A stretch of 53,362 nucleotides of DNA from Nemertoderma westbladi (taxonomy: Eukaryota > Animalia > Xenacoelomorpha). Shown here in pieces: positions 34,875-47,732 of the stretch (the stretch's first letter is position 1; every line of letters begins with the position of its first letter). The notes under the pieces were generated by a model. That model saw nothing but the letters and a program-made list of their open reading frames with translations. It was not told the DNA's origin and did no database searches. Location of the stretch: positions 1-53,362 of the forward strand of contig JAUCBJ010002400.1 in assembly GCA_032718475.1 (NCBI GenBank), given 5' to 3'. The translations under genes were made by a program, and so were the position numbers.

Positions 34875-36689
34875 ATGTTACTGTCGAGCGCAAATTATTT
34901 ATAGATACTCAGTAAACAAATAAAATGGCCTACCCAGTTATTTTTATATCAGTAATCTAATACTACAATATTATTATTTAATAATTATTTTTTTTAAGGG
35001 AAAGTTGTTACAGAGTTGAGCTATTCATACATTCCAAAAAATAAACGATAACTGTAGAAACTGTAGGCTGTTGCAGTAGCGTTTACACCCCTTTTGGATT
35101 TTTGATCAATCGTTTGCCTTTATTAAATCTAAGTGCTGATCAATTCTACATATTATTTTGCTACTATTTTCGCCTGTCACCATAGTTCCGGACCCAATTT
35201 ATCCCAATCCTGCAGTACACACCACTATCACTGTATATCAAGCCGACTAAACCTCGAGTACGATAGACTAACAATATTAGTAATAAGATGAAGACCGTCA
35301 TTCAAGATGAGACGTGCACAAAACTTTTTTTCATTATTACGACCAACTTGCCCTACCTACTACAGTACTGGTACTGTAGTATCTGAAAAAAATTGCAAAT
35401 ACTTTCTATTATCATAAGAGTTTAAACGGAGCAATGGATAGGTGGTGTATAGAAAAAACTATACACTTATGTTAATTCGACATGGATGTTAGACCACTTA
35501 AATCTACTTTCTATTATTGCACAATTGTTTACCCCAAATTAAAAAATTATCAAATTAAAAAAAACAACGTCAACTAGTCGGTGCTAGGCAACCCTGCTTA
35601 CATAACAACAAATTATAAACTGAAAAAATTATAACTTCGATTTTAATGTCATACAGTAGTTATATAGTAGTGTAGGTTATATAAAGTAAATTTATTATAG
35701 GAAGGGATCTAGGCGTCTTAACCTCGAATGTTAAGTTTATTTTACCGAAAATAACTTTTATTGGCGCAATTGTAGGTCTAATCCCATCACATGCGTACTT
35801 TTTAACCGGGTAGTGTACAAATTTAGGAATCGCGTAATTTGCAGCTTGCCAACACATTGTTACTATCAATAATATAAAGTAAACACCCACTTTTTTATCA
35901 CACAAACCTTTTATAAGCATAATAAACAATATATACAATATAAGCGTAATAAGCTGTATAAGTAGGGTTACTGGGGTGGGTCTGGGTATACCATGTTTGC
36001 TATTGAATGAGGATACAATGGAGCTTCTCATGGAGGGATTATTGCAGGATCATTCAACTCTATAATTATCGACAGCCCTGAGAACAACTCGAATTGTTAC
36101 AATGACAAATCAATATTTACTAATTTGGAACAGTAGCAACTAATATTACGCAACTTAAAGACTATGGTGAACACGACGTTTATTGTAAATGGTGTTGTTT
36201 ATATTAAAAACACTTATTTATGTTAAGGATGTATATTGTTTATACTATCATGATCTTATTACAATATGTAGTTATTAAATTATTATAATTTTCCTTCTAG
36301 TATTCGGACCATCTCCCCAACCATTAATCAGGCAACTAACATTATTCAAAATACCGAACCAAAATAAGAGAGTAGGCCTAACAAGTTCCGAAACATGAGA
36401 GAAGGACGAGGAGGGTGGGAATGGGAGGATAACAAAAGAGAGAGGATTTCTGGTTACTACAACACCGACAACAAAACATTCATAGATGGCAAAAGTAGGC
36501 ATAGAGATTACATAGAGGTTCTTAACATTACCATATACCCTGTAATAGGCCAATTTACTATCTATGCAATTTAACTAATAATCGTTTTAATATCTAATAA
36601 TAATATTTATTACGCCATGGAAGTGGTAAAATTGCAATATCTAAATGTTTCGCACAATAAATAAATAAATTAGATTATTCAAGTTTGAC

Positions 36690-37670
36690 GTCCCAATAAG
36701 AAACAGATTACGCCTTAGCAGCCCTTAGTTGTGGCTCAACGTGTTAGCTGGACAATGTGATACCTTGAAGGAATCCCCCCACAGATACTGCAAACACAAA
36801 AAGCTCCGTCGGGTTGGTGAAATGATTTGCTCGCGCACATTATGGTAAATTCCGAGTACTGGAAAACCTTGTTGTTTACATGGCTTATTAGACTGCGCCA
36901 ATGTACTAGAAGAGAATGCTAGCGAGTCGCAAAATTATGTGGGTGTTTCCAAAACCTTTTGGCCAACTTCCAATCTGTACTTCCTCAGAGCTGGATATTC
37001 CCGGAGATTTAAGGAAGCAACCAGGTCCTCTATTAGGGGCGTTTCCTTTTCCATACACATCGCTAGTACCAGCCTGTTGAGGGTTCTTTCATGAAGGCCA
37101 AGTACTCGTTTGAGGAATGTCACCTATATTTTATCGAGGCTATGGAGATTTGAAGTTGTCAGATGGGGCCATATAAGGTGTAAGTTGTAGCTGATAATTG
37201 GACGTATTTTGGTGTTCAAGATTTTGATTGATGTTGGCAATGATAATAGACGGGGGTTTTTAAGGGAATGCATTACCATAATTTATTATTTTATTTACAC
37301 GACACGAGATATGGTTTATGTGTCTGGAGAATGCTAGGTTTGTTTTGAAGGTAATTCCAAGGTCGGTAATAGAAACAGGCTGGCTGTTTGTTACATAAAA
37401 ACAAATTGATCTGTTTTTTACCAGCTATCCCCCACGGCGGAACTGTATAATTGCGGTTTTCTTCAAATTAACCTCTAAGCCGTTCTCCGCTGCCCAGAGA
37501 GAGCGCGTTTGAGGCGGCTGGAGATGTTCCGAGAATCCGTATAGAATAACAGGTCGTCAGCGAAAAATATGAGGATTAAGTGCGCTGCCCGCTTTTGCGC
37601 CGCCACTATGTCCGCTATAGATGATGAATAGGAGTTGACTAAGTGTGACCCCCTGTAAGAAACCGTTTAA
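36690..37670 (-). pseudogene. Degenerate CR1-group non-LTR RT plus Cys-rich C-terminus
   Basis: GFLQGVTLSQLLF, IFADDLL, FLKRVLGL and FHQPDGAFCVCSICGG occur in broken frames. Confidence 0.75.
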
Positions 37671-38540
37671 GTAATCCGCGCTGATTTACTCAGACAATAA
37701 AATACCTACAGATAGTTAACGCTTAAGGGGGGGGGGGGGGATAGCCACTTGTGGTTGAGAAATTCAAAGAAAAAATTATACCATCGAAAAGAGAATCATA
37801 GAAAGTACATACGAATTTGAAAAAAATCTGAAAAAAATTGAAAATTGAAAAAATGTTTTTTGGCGCCCCCTAGCAGCCACAGAACGCTAGATTTAAAAAA
37901 TCTCGCTAAAAATGCTACTCCTCCGTTATTTTCAAATTTATTTTCAGATACCACATTTTTTGGAACCAGCATGTTCATTTTCATAATAATTTTCACGCAC
38001 TTTTTGTATTTTCATTTTCCATTTCGATAAGTGGCAGTTTTGTAAAAAAAAAAATCAATAAAATTGTTTTCTAATTTTTCATACAAAAAATGGGTAAATA
38101 TTATTAAATTAAGAAAAGTGCGTGATATTTATATTGAAGGTTATGAAATTACCTTTCATATAAAGCCAAAATGGCAAGAAACGGTTAAGAAATGGCGGAG
38201 GAGTATTTTTATTGTAGTATTTTTCGTGCGAAAATGTCATTCTGAGATAATCGAGTTCAAAGTTCAAACATTCACGCGCAAAAACTACCTGTATGTGGTC
38301 TGGTTTTTTAATAGTGTCTGACATGAAGGAAGCACACCACCGAGCTAAAATTATATTTTGGAGGTTTTCGGGGTCGCTGATTTCATTTCCGATGTCAGTT
38401 TTAATATTTGGGCCTTCTGGATTATGAGTGTAGTACACATGATTGTGGTTGTTCACATGGAGTATTGTGCACATTAATATGGAAGTTCTGGGCTGTTTGT
38501 TACAGGGTGGCTGCATTGTCTACTGTACTGCTACGTGTAT

Positions 38541-40239
38541 GGGCATTTCCACAGAAAATTGGACGCACGATATGAAAAAAATATAACTTTAAAAAATAAG
38601 CAACAGGTCATGATTTATTGGGTACAATTTCATAAATTTTTCGAATTTGACGATAATCTACAATGATTTGCAATAGACGAAAAAAGACGAAAAAAAATAA
38701 CAAAAATCAAGGCTTTTTACTGTTTATCCATATAGGCTATCCTTGGTATCATTGTAATCAGCCGTAAATACACATTCCAATGAGGTCGTTCTACGCCATA
38801 AACATAGAACGTTTCTCATACAATAAGCATTAAAAGCTACCTGTATCCAATTATAACATCCGACACTTTTTTACATTTTTTCTCAATTACTTCTCTATTA
38901 TTTGGCAAACCACATCGAAATTAAAATTGCATTAAAAAAGTAAGATGGCGTCTTTTGTGCCATTTACAGCAATCAAGGCTACCATAAAGGCTGTGATTTC
39001 AGGATATATCTTTTTACAGAACACAGCAGAACACAGTGTGATTGAAGTTTAGTAACGTCCGACACTATTGTTATTTAATGTATTTAATATCTAAATTGCA
39101 GTGTATAGTGAAAAAGGCATAAATAAAAAAAATAGGTTTCAATAATTGCGATTTTCGACTCAAAATTCACACCTTAGTATTTTGATGATATATTTGGCAA
39201 TTGTAGGTGAAATTTAAAATGGTTTTCAGATTTAGAATCTGCCGATGATGGCGGTTCTAATGATATCTAGAGTACATTCCAAAGATGAAAAATAAAGCCG
39301 ACAGAGGTGGCTAAATATAGCTCATTTTTATGTAACGTCCAACACGTAACGTCCGACACCATTCCGCACAACTTTTAACTACCGCACTGTTCCATTCTGG
39401 AATTCTTTATCGCAAGATATTGTTGATGCTAAAAACCTACAAATTTTTTCTCGTAAATTATTAACGTTCGATTTCAAGTCACACTGTTCGGTCGACCATT
39501 GGTGCAAATAGCCGTTTAACTTTTTACTTATTTATATTATTTTTTAAACTATTTTTTTTAAGGTTTTGTATCCGTTGTGTGATTGTGTTTGTTATTTTTA
39601 TTTCATTCCTACCTATTTTATTAAGTAATAACCAATGAATTATTTTTATCACAATATTTATCACTATACTATACTGTACTATGTATACATATATTTACAC
39701 TTAATTTTTCTTCTTTTAAATCATTTAAATCGCCCCTTTAAGTGCCTCGAGCCTGGGCGGCGATCTCCCTCGAAAAATTGTCGATTACCTATATTTAGTA
39801 TTTCTTAATTCTACTGTATTGGTTATACTATATATATTTTAATGTATGTTATCGTGTATTATATATATATATATATACTGTAACTTTGAATTTCAAATGT
39901 CGGCTTCAAAAGAACTCCATTGCAATTGTGAAAACCTTTTTGAAAAATAGAATAGTTCAGCTACAACATGTTGATCCCAACAATAATAACATACCTGTCT
40001 TCGGCATTAATGGCAATCAAAAATAAAATATGTACTTTAAAAAGTGTCCTATTTTTGTAACGTCCGACACCTTTTTAAAACCTTTTAAAAGCCTTTATTT
40101 GCGATATTCTGAAAAAATTTATAAATATTCTCATTTATTCAACGCAATCTGATGTTAAAGTTTCAAGTATTTTCGTAAATTTAAAGAAAAACATTAAAAA
40201 ATCGAGAATGTCCGTCAAGTCCGACACCGTGGAATTGCG
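38541..40239. mobile_element. Decayed DNA-transposon remnant with repeated taacgtccgacac motifs
   Basis: Imperfect ends gggcatttccac / gtggaattgcg. The motif tccgacac recurs several times. Confidence 0.4.
39360..39510 (+). pseudogene. CR1 LINE 3' end fragment
   Basis: PFWNSLSQDIVDAKNLQIFSRKL. Confidence 0.65.
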
Positions 40240-40569
40240 TGGAAAGGTGTACTAAATAACAGGTCATGCAGAGAGCGGATTGCGGAGAGCTGAAATTAGC
40301 CTGCGTTGGCCTATCTTTTACCTATTTATGGCACTATTTTCATAATATTTCCTTAGAAACTTCTTATATGCTAATTTTCTTAGGTGAATATGATGACTAG
40401 GGTTCATAGAAATGTAATAAAATAGCTTTCTGCAACTTTTATATTGTTGTTGTCAAGGTAACCGGAAGTTTGCGTGTCTGTAATTCAAGGCGATAGTTGA
40501 TTCTGTGCAAAGGTGCACATATATTTTACCCGACGTTTGTTTAAAATGTGCAAATATTTAGAAATAAAT

Positions 40570-40758
40570 GATTACAAACAATCAACGCCTATCTCTGCTT
40601 AATTTGCAACCACTTGAGGAGCTCCGTCTACTGTTTGATCTAAAAATGACATACCGCATTCTAAATGGCTTAGTTGACCTCGATGCTGAAAAATTATTTA
40701 CTCCAGCTCCCCCGTAGCGGTCTTCGAGGCCACAAAATGAAACTTTTAGAACAGCAGT
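40570..40758 (+). pseudogene. CR1 LINE ORF2 C-terminal fragment interrupted by an LTR
   Basis: LSLLNLQPLEELRLLFDLKMTYRILNGLVD...RGHKMKL. Confidence 0.7.
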
Positions 40759-42005
40759 TGTACGCGCTTTTGAAGACCTTTAGCAGTTTAACCTGCCAAA
40801 ATTTATATGTCTTTTGGTTTATAAATAGACTTTAGAAGTTGACAAATATTTAATACCAATAAACACAACATTAGCAGAAGCCAGCCTAGTGCGCGTCCAT
40901 TCACCCGCTGGATATACCCGGGAGACTGGATTCTGAGGGCTTAGATTATTATTGCAGTGTAAGCTTACTGTATTATTCGATTGATCGTTAATAAATAATT
41001 TCTGACTAATATTATTCACTTTCGGGAAATATTAACAGTTCCTTTAGGACGTGGCGCTCTATCTAGGTAAACAGAGATATGACTTATACTAATCACAACG
41101 GCAAGTCGGTAAGGCTAATGATTCACGTATGAGGCGCATTCTTTAGGAAATGCTTAGTTATCAGCCACAATCATGCACACTACCGGTAACACACAATACT
41201 GCTCACTAATTTGCCGACCGTCAATGAATTTTATCATATATAAAGAGAACAGCAACCAATCATGTAGTGCTTATCAAATAGCATTAAATTCACTACAAAC
41301 CACAACAATATAAGTCGCAATCGCTATATATAACCCGTCTCTCTAACCTGTAGTGTATCAAGAAAATTGGGAAATTTGGGTTCTTTATAAATGTTCTCCA
41401 AATAATAATATTCAACCAAAACACAACAGTAAATAGCATTAAGACGGTAGGTTAAGATGGTAACACTGTTTGACTGGACCGATATGTGATATGATATGTT
41501 AAGATAACAGTTATACGCTCTATAATCTTAAGCCTACTAATGTTTCTTCTAAAGTATGAAAACGAATTAACTCTAGAGCCGGTGTTCCTGGCCTAGATAG
41601 CAACAACACAACAGTATCACAAAAAACAGTAAGACTGAACACTCCTAGTATGATCGGCCGAATATCTCCACATCGACAGAAAAAATCGCTCTGATTGGCT
41701 TAAGCTAAACAAAGAACTACGTGTCCAATGGCTGTTCCCATGTCAGCAACCAGCTGTTAGATGTCGTAATCTGAATCATCAAGGATAAGCTGTGTAAAGG
41801 TATTTGGTGCATTGCGGGTTTTTTGCCTTACCATGTCCGCCAAAACACGTATATAGAAGAATGACTTTTATGTCCGTTAAAACACCTATAACGGTACCTT
41901 GCGGGCGAGGGGAATATATATATAGTTAGAGAGCCTTTTAGAGTATTCCAGCGCCTGGGGGGAAACTGGCAAAAGGGCCAGTTATATCCCACAGAAGCTT
42001 TTACA
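40759..42005 (-). repeat. LTR (1247 bp), 3' LTR of a related element
   Basis: The minus strand reads TGTAAAAGC...GCGCGTACA. It is homologous to 10372-11597 and is preceded by a purine-rich GGGAGCGG (PPT) and a same-strand ORF. Confidence 0.8.
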
Positions 42006-42083
42006 CCGCTCCCAGAAAATGGGATTTGAGTCTATAAAATATACAAAATCACAGTTTCTAATATACGTAAATACTCTAAACAG

Positions 42084-43250
42084 TTAGTCTTTCTTGCGCG
42101 GACGGCGTTTACGCAGTTTTTTAAAGCTAGCCAGAGTCCTTTTCTCTTTGGGGCGAGCCACTTTACAAGGAGGGCTATAACTCCTGGGTGAAGGGTGCAA
42201 TATGATTGCATCAGAGGGTGTAGGATTATGGTCGGTGTATCCGCCAGTCGAAGTACCGGGTTGATTGACATCAACGTCAGGGGAGAGGGGTCTAACGGCT
42301 TTGAGAGCTCGTTTCAAGACAGCCGCTCTTACGGGTCCTTTACGAGTGGTCTGAACGAGGGCCGTGGGTGGACCATAGGCAGTTAGAAACCTCCGGGGTT
42401 TAATGGTCCTTTCCAACTCGCGTTCGCGGGCTCGGTATTCGTAAGGCCGTCGATATACTTCCTGTAACTCGGGGTGTGAGTTAACAAACAAGTCTCCATA
42501 GTCCGGATCCTGACGGATATAATTGATTAAGTTATAGGAATGAAGGTCGCTAGGATTAACACTCCTGAGAAATTTGCGTACGAATTTGGTTGAAATACAT
42601 TCTCCGACGCGCTTCAGTAGCTCGTAACTTGATATGCGTGATTTCTGTTCAACCGAAGCGAATAGATAAGGATGGAACGCATAAACTCCTTCGTAAGCGC
42701 GCCCGGGATAATAGCGATGGCGCGAATCACAATGTAAATCAGCGTTCGCTTCCCAAGCTCGGATGTAACGTAGTGTGATCATTTCATCTACGCTTTCCAA
42801 ATCGTGATTAAAAGGGCAATCGAAACTGGCATGTCCCTTTAGTTGACAATGGTGACATTGAGTCATAAATTGAGGGCAAACCGCAAAGATATGCAAGTTA
42901 TTGAGTCTGCAATATGCGCAATAAATTTCCATAGTCGGTTGTTCTTGGAAATAGGAACAGCGGACGTTGGTGTCCATGGGCGTATCGTGGTCTCTCGATG
43001 CGCATAACCGACAACGTTGCCTAGAAACATAGTTGGCATGTCGATAATCGTACGCAGTGAGACACTGTGGACCTTGATACCATTCTATGATGTAATCGTT
43101 GTCGCTGTTCCGGGGCGCGATAGGCTGAATCTCTTCAGATTCTAGACATATTGGTTCGTCTTCCAAGTACATAGCTGAAGTGGGCGCGTCTGTCTCTTCA
43201 GGTGGACCTCTTGGTGTTCCCTGGCGGTCTCCCATCCAAGTACTAACCAA
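42084..43250 (-). CDS. Triple zinc-knuckle protein with basic C-terminus; retroelement 3' ORF whose 5' end is fused to 5S rDNA
   Basis: CRLCASRDH..C, CAYCRLNNLHIFAVC and CHHCQLKGHASFDC, with C-terminal KKLRKRRPRKKD. The first ~14 codons are 5S sequence. Confidence 0.75.
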   Translation of the reverse strand: MVSTWMGDRQGTPRGPPEETDAPTSAMYLEDEPICLESEEIQPIAPRNSDNDYIIEWYQGPQCLTAYDYRHANYVSRQRCRLCASRDHDTPMDTNVRCSYFQEQPTMEIYCAYCRLNNLHIFAVCPQFMTQCHHCQLKGHASFDCPFNHDLESVDEMITLRYIRAWEANADLHCDSRHRYYPGRAYEGVYAFHPYLFASVEQKSRISSYELLKRVGECISTKFVRKFLRSVNPSDLHSYNLINYIRQDPDYGDLFVNSHPELQEVYRRPYEYRARERELERTIKPRRFLTAYGPPTALVQTTRKGPVRAAVLKRALKAVRPLSPDVDVNQPGTSTGGYTDHNPTPSDAIILHPSPRSYSPPCKVARPKEKRTLASFKKLRKRRPRKKD

Positions 43251-43318
43251 GCTCGAAGGACCTTAACTTTCGCTGATCGGACGAGAAGCGGTGCTTTCCC
43301 CTTGATATGGTCGTAGGC
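43210..43318 (-). pseudogene. 5S rRNA gene lacking its last ~12 nt and terminator
   Basis: It matches the array copies from GCCTACGACC to GGAACACCAAG, then switches to the retroelement ORF. Confidence 0.93.
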
Positions 43319-44300
43319 GAAGGATTCTGAATCAAATTGCAGGGTAGTTGCGTTGGTCAAGAATTATTATGTTATATTATTAAAGTTGTCTCGTTCGTGA
43401 GCTTTCAAATTTGTTAAATTCTATAACAAAAATAAAATAAAAATACCTTTGGATTCATAATTAATATTATAATGTCGATAAATTAGACGGAAAGTGAGAC
43501 AAAAATGACAACAAATAAATGAAAAAAATTACACAATTATATTTGCTCTTAAACAATGCGGTTCATTTGCCAGTTGTTGAAAATATTAAATAAAATACCC
43601 AAAAAGTATTATCTTAAAGTATTCAGAATATAATATTTGAGAGAATCTATGACATTCAATAAACTAATGTTCTGGAATATTTACATAGTAACAGGTATAG
43701 TGTGCAGTTATAGGCTATTTGCTTGACCAGCCAATCTCAGAATTATTGTAAAATGAGATTTAACAACATATTTCACTTGAAACGTACTGATAGAGGGGTG
43801 GGGACTTGTTGGAGCTGTCGCCAGGTGATTGTAACTGTTTTTCGGGATCATTTGCGTGATAGGAAAACGCATTGAGGGAATTTTCATAGAGTATACTTTC
43901 TGTCCTCTATCTCGTGGTATGGGTTAGAAGTCGCGAAATTGAAAATCAATGTCCATTTTTGAAAAAAATCGCAAGTTATTTTGGTAAATTGCGGATAATT
44001 AATGGAAGGGCTTTTGAACTGGCAAATTAAATTTAAATTAAAGCTGTACTTTCGAGAATTTAAAATCTGTATTTTAACTTCTTTAAGAAACAACTGAGAT
44101 ACGAGAGCTCTAACATTGCATGTATTTTTCACTTAATAACTTGAGTCGTAAATATAACACCAAAACAAGGTTTGTAGCAAAATAATTCAGTGTTTTTAGG
44201 AAACTGAAAAGTCTATTGTGTATATCCAAATTCCCTTACTAACTGCGTTCCAGTAAAAATAAAGCAATGCAAAAAAAATTAAAATATTTGCTGACAAAAT

Positions 44301-44421
44301 AAGCCTACAACACTTGGTGTTCCCTGGCGGTCTCCCATCCAAGTACTAACCAAGCTCGAAGGGCCTTAACTTTCGCTGATCGGACGAGAATCGGTGCTTT
44401 CCCCTTGATATGGTCGTAGGC
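44301..44421 (-). rRNA. 5S rRNA
   Basis: GCCTACGACCAT...GTTAGTACTTGGATGGGAGACCG...TGTTGTAGGCTT followed by ATTTT; one substitution in helix III. Confidence 0.93.
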
Positions 44422-45406
44422 GAAGTATTCTGAATCAAATTGCAGGGTAGTTGCGTTGGTCAAGAATTATTATGTTATATTATTAAAGTTGTCTCGTTCG
44501 TGAGCTTTCAAATTTGTTAAATTCTATAACAAAAATAAAATAAAAATACCTTTGGATTCATAATTAATATTATAATGTCGATAAATTAGACGGAAAGTGA
44601 GACAAAAATGACAACAAATAAATGAAAAAAATTACACAATTATATTTGCTCTTAAACAATGCGGTTCATTTGCCAGTTGTTGAAAATATTAAATAAAATA
44701 CCCAAAAAGTATTATCTTAAAGTATTCAGAATATTATAATATTTGAGAGAATCTATGACATTCAATAAACTAATGTTCTGGAATATTTACATAGTAACAG
44801 GTATAGTGTGCAGTTATAGGCTATTTGCTTGACCAGCCAATCTCAGAATTATTGTAAAATGAGATTTAACAACATATTTCACTTGAAACGTACTGATAGA
44901 GGGGTGGGGACTTGTTGGAGCTGTCGCCAGGTGATTGTAACTGTTTTTCGGGATCATTTGCGTGATAGGAAAACGCATTGAGGGAATTTTCATAGAGTAT
45001 ACTTTCTATCCTCTATCTCGTGGTATGGGTTAGAAGTCGCGAAATTGAAAATGAATGTCCATTTTTGAAAAAAACCGCACGTTATTTTGGTAAATTGCGG
45101 ATAATTAATGGAAGGGCTTTTGAACTGGTAAATTAAATTTAAATTAAAGCTGTACTTTCGAGAATTTAAAATCTGTATTTTAACTTCTTTAAGAAACAAC
45201 TGAGATACGAGAGCTCTAACATTGCATGTATTTTTCACTTAATAACTTGAGTCGTAAATATAACACCAAAACAAGGTTTGTAGCAAAATAATTCAGTGTT
45301 TTTAGGAAACTGAAAAGTCTATTGTGTATATCCAAATTCCCTTACTAACTGCGTTCCTGTAAAAATAAAGCAATGCAAAATAAATTAAAATATTTACTGA
45401 CAAAAA

Positions 45407-45527
45407 AAGCCTACAACACTTGGTGTTCCCTGGCGGTCTCCCATCCAAGTACTAACCAAGCTCGAAGGGCCTTAACTTTCGCTGATCGGACGAGAAGCGG
45501 CGCTTTCCCCTTGATATGGTCGTAGGC
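45407..45527 (-). rRNA. 5S rRNA
   Basis: Full-length copy with a T7 terminator. Confidence 0.95.
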
Positions 45528-46508
45528 GAAGGATTCTGAATCAAATTGCAGCGTAGTTGCGTTGGTCAAGAATTATTATGTTATATTATTAAAGTTGTCT
45601 CGTTCGTGAGCTTTCAAATTTGTTAAATTCTATAACAAAAATAAAATAAAAATACCTTTGGATTCATAATTAATATTATAATGTCGATAAATTAGACGGA
45701 AAGTGAGACAAAAATGACAACAAATAAATGAAAAAAATTACACAATTATATTTGCTCTTAAACAATGCGGTTCATTTGCCAGTTGTTGAAAATATTAAAT
45801 AAAATACCCAAAAAGTATTATCTTAAAGTATTCAGAATATAATATTTGAGAGAATCTATGACATTCAATAAACTAATGTTCTGGAATATTTACATAGTAA
45901 CAGGTATAGTGTGCAGTTATAGGCTATTTGCTTGACCAGCCAATCTCAGAATTATTGTAAAATTAGATTTAACAACATATTTCACTTGAAACGTACTGAT
46001 AGAGGGGTGGGGACTTGTTGGAGCTGTCGCCAGGTGATTGTAACTGTTTTTCGGGATCATTTGCGTGATAGGAAAACGCATTGAGGGAATTTCATAGAGT
46101 ATACTTTCTATCCTCTATCTCGTGGTATGGGTTAGAAGTCGCGAAATTGAAAATCAATGTCCATTTTTGAAAAAAACCGCAAGTTATTTTGGTAAATTGC
46201 GGATAATTAATGGAAGGGCTTTTGAACTGGCAAATTAAATTTAAATTAAAGCTGTACTTTCAAGAATTTAAAATCTGTATTTTAACTTCTTTAAGAAACA
46301 ACTGAGATACGAGAGCTCTAACATTGCATGTATTTTTCACTTAATAACTTGAGTCGTAAATATAACACCAAAACAAGGTTTGTAGCAAAATAATTCAGTG
46401 TTTTTAGGAAACTGAAAAGTCTAATGTGTATATCCAAATTCCCTTACTAACTGCGTTCCAGTAAAAATAAAGCAATGCAAAATAAATTAAAATATTTGCT
46501 GACAAAAT

Positions 46509-46629
46509 AAGCCTACAACACTTGGTGTTCCCTGGCGGTCTCCCATCCAAGTACTAACCAAGCTCGAAGGGCCTTAACTTTCGCTGATCGGACGAGAAGC
46601 GGTGCTTTCCCCTTGATATGGTCGTAGGC
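46509..46629 (-). rRNA. 5S rRNA
   Basis: Full-length copy with a TTATTTT terminator. Confidence 0.95.
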
Positions 46630-47611
46630 GAAGGATTCTGAATCAAATTGCAGGGTAGTTGCGTTGGTCAAGAATTATTATGTTATATTATTAAAGTTGT
46701 CTCGTTCGTGAGCTTTCAAATTTGTTAAATTCTATAATAAAAATAAAATAAAAATACCTTTGGATTCATAATTAATATTATAATGTCGATAAATTAGACG
46801 GAAAGTGAGACAAAAATGACAACAAATAAATGAAAAAAATTACACAATTATATTTGCTCTTAAACAATGCGGTTCATTTGCCAGTTGTTGAAAATTTTAA
46901 ATAAAATACCCAAAAAGTATTATCTTAAAGTATTCAGAATATAATATTTGAGAGAATCTATGACATTCAATAAACTAATGTTCTGGAATATTTACATAGT
47001 AACAGGTATAGTGTGCAGTTATAGGCTATTTGCTTGACCAGCCAATCTCAGAATTATTGTAAAATTAGATTTAACAACATATTTCACTTGAAACGTACTG
47101 ATAGAGGGGTGGGGACTTGTTGGATCTGTCGCCAGGTGATTGTAACTGTTTTTCGGGATCATTTGCGTGATAGGAAAACGCATTGAGGGAATTTTCATAG
47201 AGTATACTTTCTATCCTCTATCTCGTGGTATGGGTTAGAAGTCGCGAAATTGAAAATCAATGTCCATTTTTGAAAAAAACCGCAAGTTATTTTGGTAAAT
47301 TGCGGATAATTAATGGAAGGGCTTTTGAACTGGCAAATTAAATTTAAATTAAAGCTGTACTTTCAAGAATTTAAAATCTGTATTTTAACTTCTTTAAGAA
47401 ACAACTGAGATACGAGAGCTCTAACATTGCATGTATTTTTCACTTAATAACTTGAGTCGTAAATATAACACCAAAACAAGGTTTGTAGCAAAATAATTCA
47501 GTGTTTTTAGGAAACTGAAAAGTCTAATGTGTATATCCAAATTCCCTTACTAACTGCGTTCCAGTAAAAATAAAGCAATGCAAAATAAATTAAAATATTT
47601 GCTGACAAAAT

Positions 47612-47732
47612 AAGCCTACAACACTTGGTGTTCCCTGGCGGTCTCCCATCCAAGTACTAACCAAGCTCGAAGGGCCTTAACTTTCGCTGATCGGACGAGA
47701 AGCGGTGCTTTCCCCTTGATATGGTCGTAGGC
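47612..47732 (-). rRNA. 5S rRNA
   Basis: Full-length copy with a TTATTTT terminator. Confidence 0.95.

Noticed and set aside
7352-37740. Numerous long poly-G/C tracts as functional G-quadruplex elements
   Set aside because: Most lie within TE copies, and homopolymer lengths are unreliable; nothing points to function.
10372-42005. The two 1.2-kb LTRs as ends of one 31-kb element
   Set aside because: They are too diverged and have no matching TSD. The left LTR has its gag to the left and the right LTR has its PPT and ORF to the right, so they belong to separate elements.
42084-43318. 5S-targeting non-LTR retrotransposon (Mutsu-like) insertion
   Set aside because: There is no RT or endonuclease, the missing 5S 3' end was not found downstream, and the sequence ends in a PPT plus LTR.
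43319-44300. Linked SL RNA, snRNA or tRNA gene in the 5S spacer
   Set aside because: No recognisable snRNA, tRNA or SL sequence by eye; an Infernal scan would be needed to exclude one.
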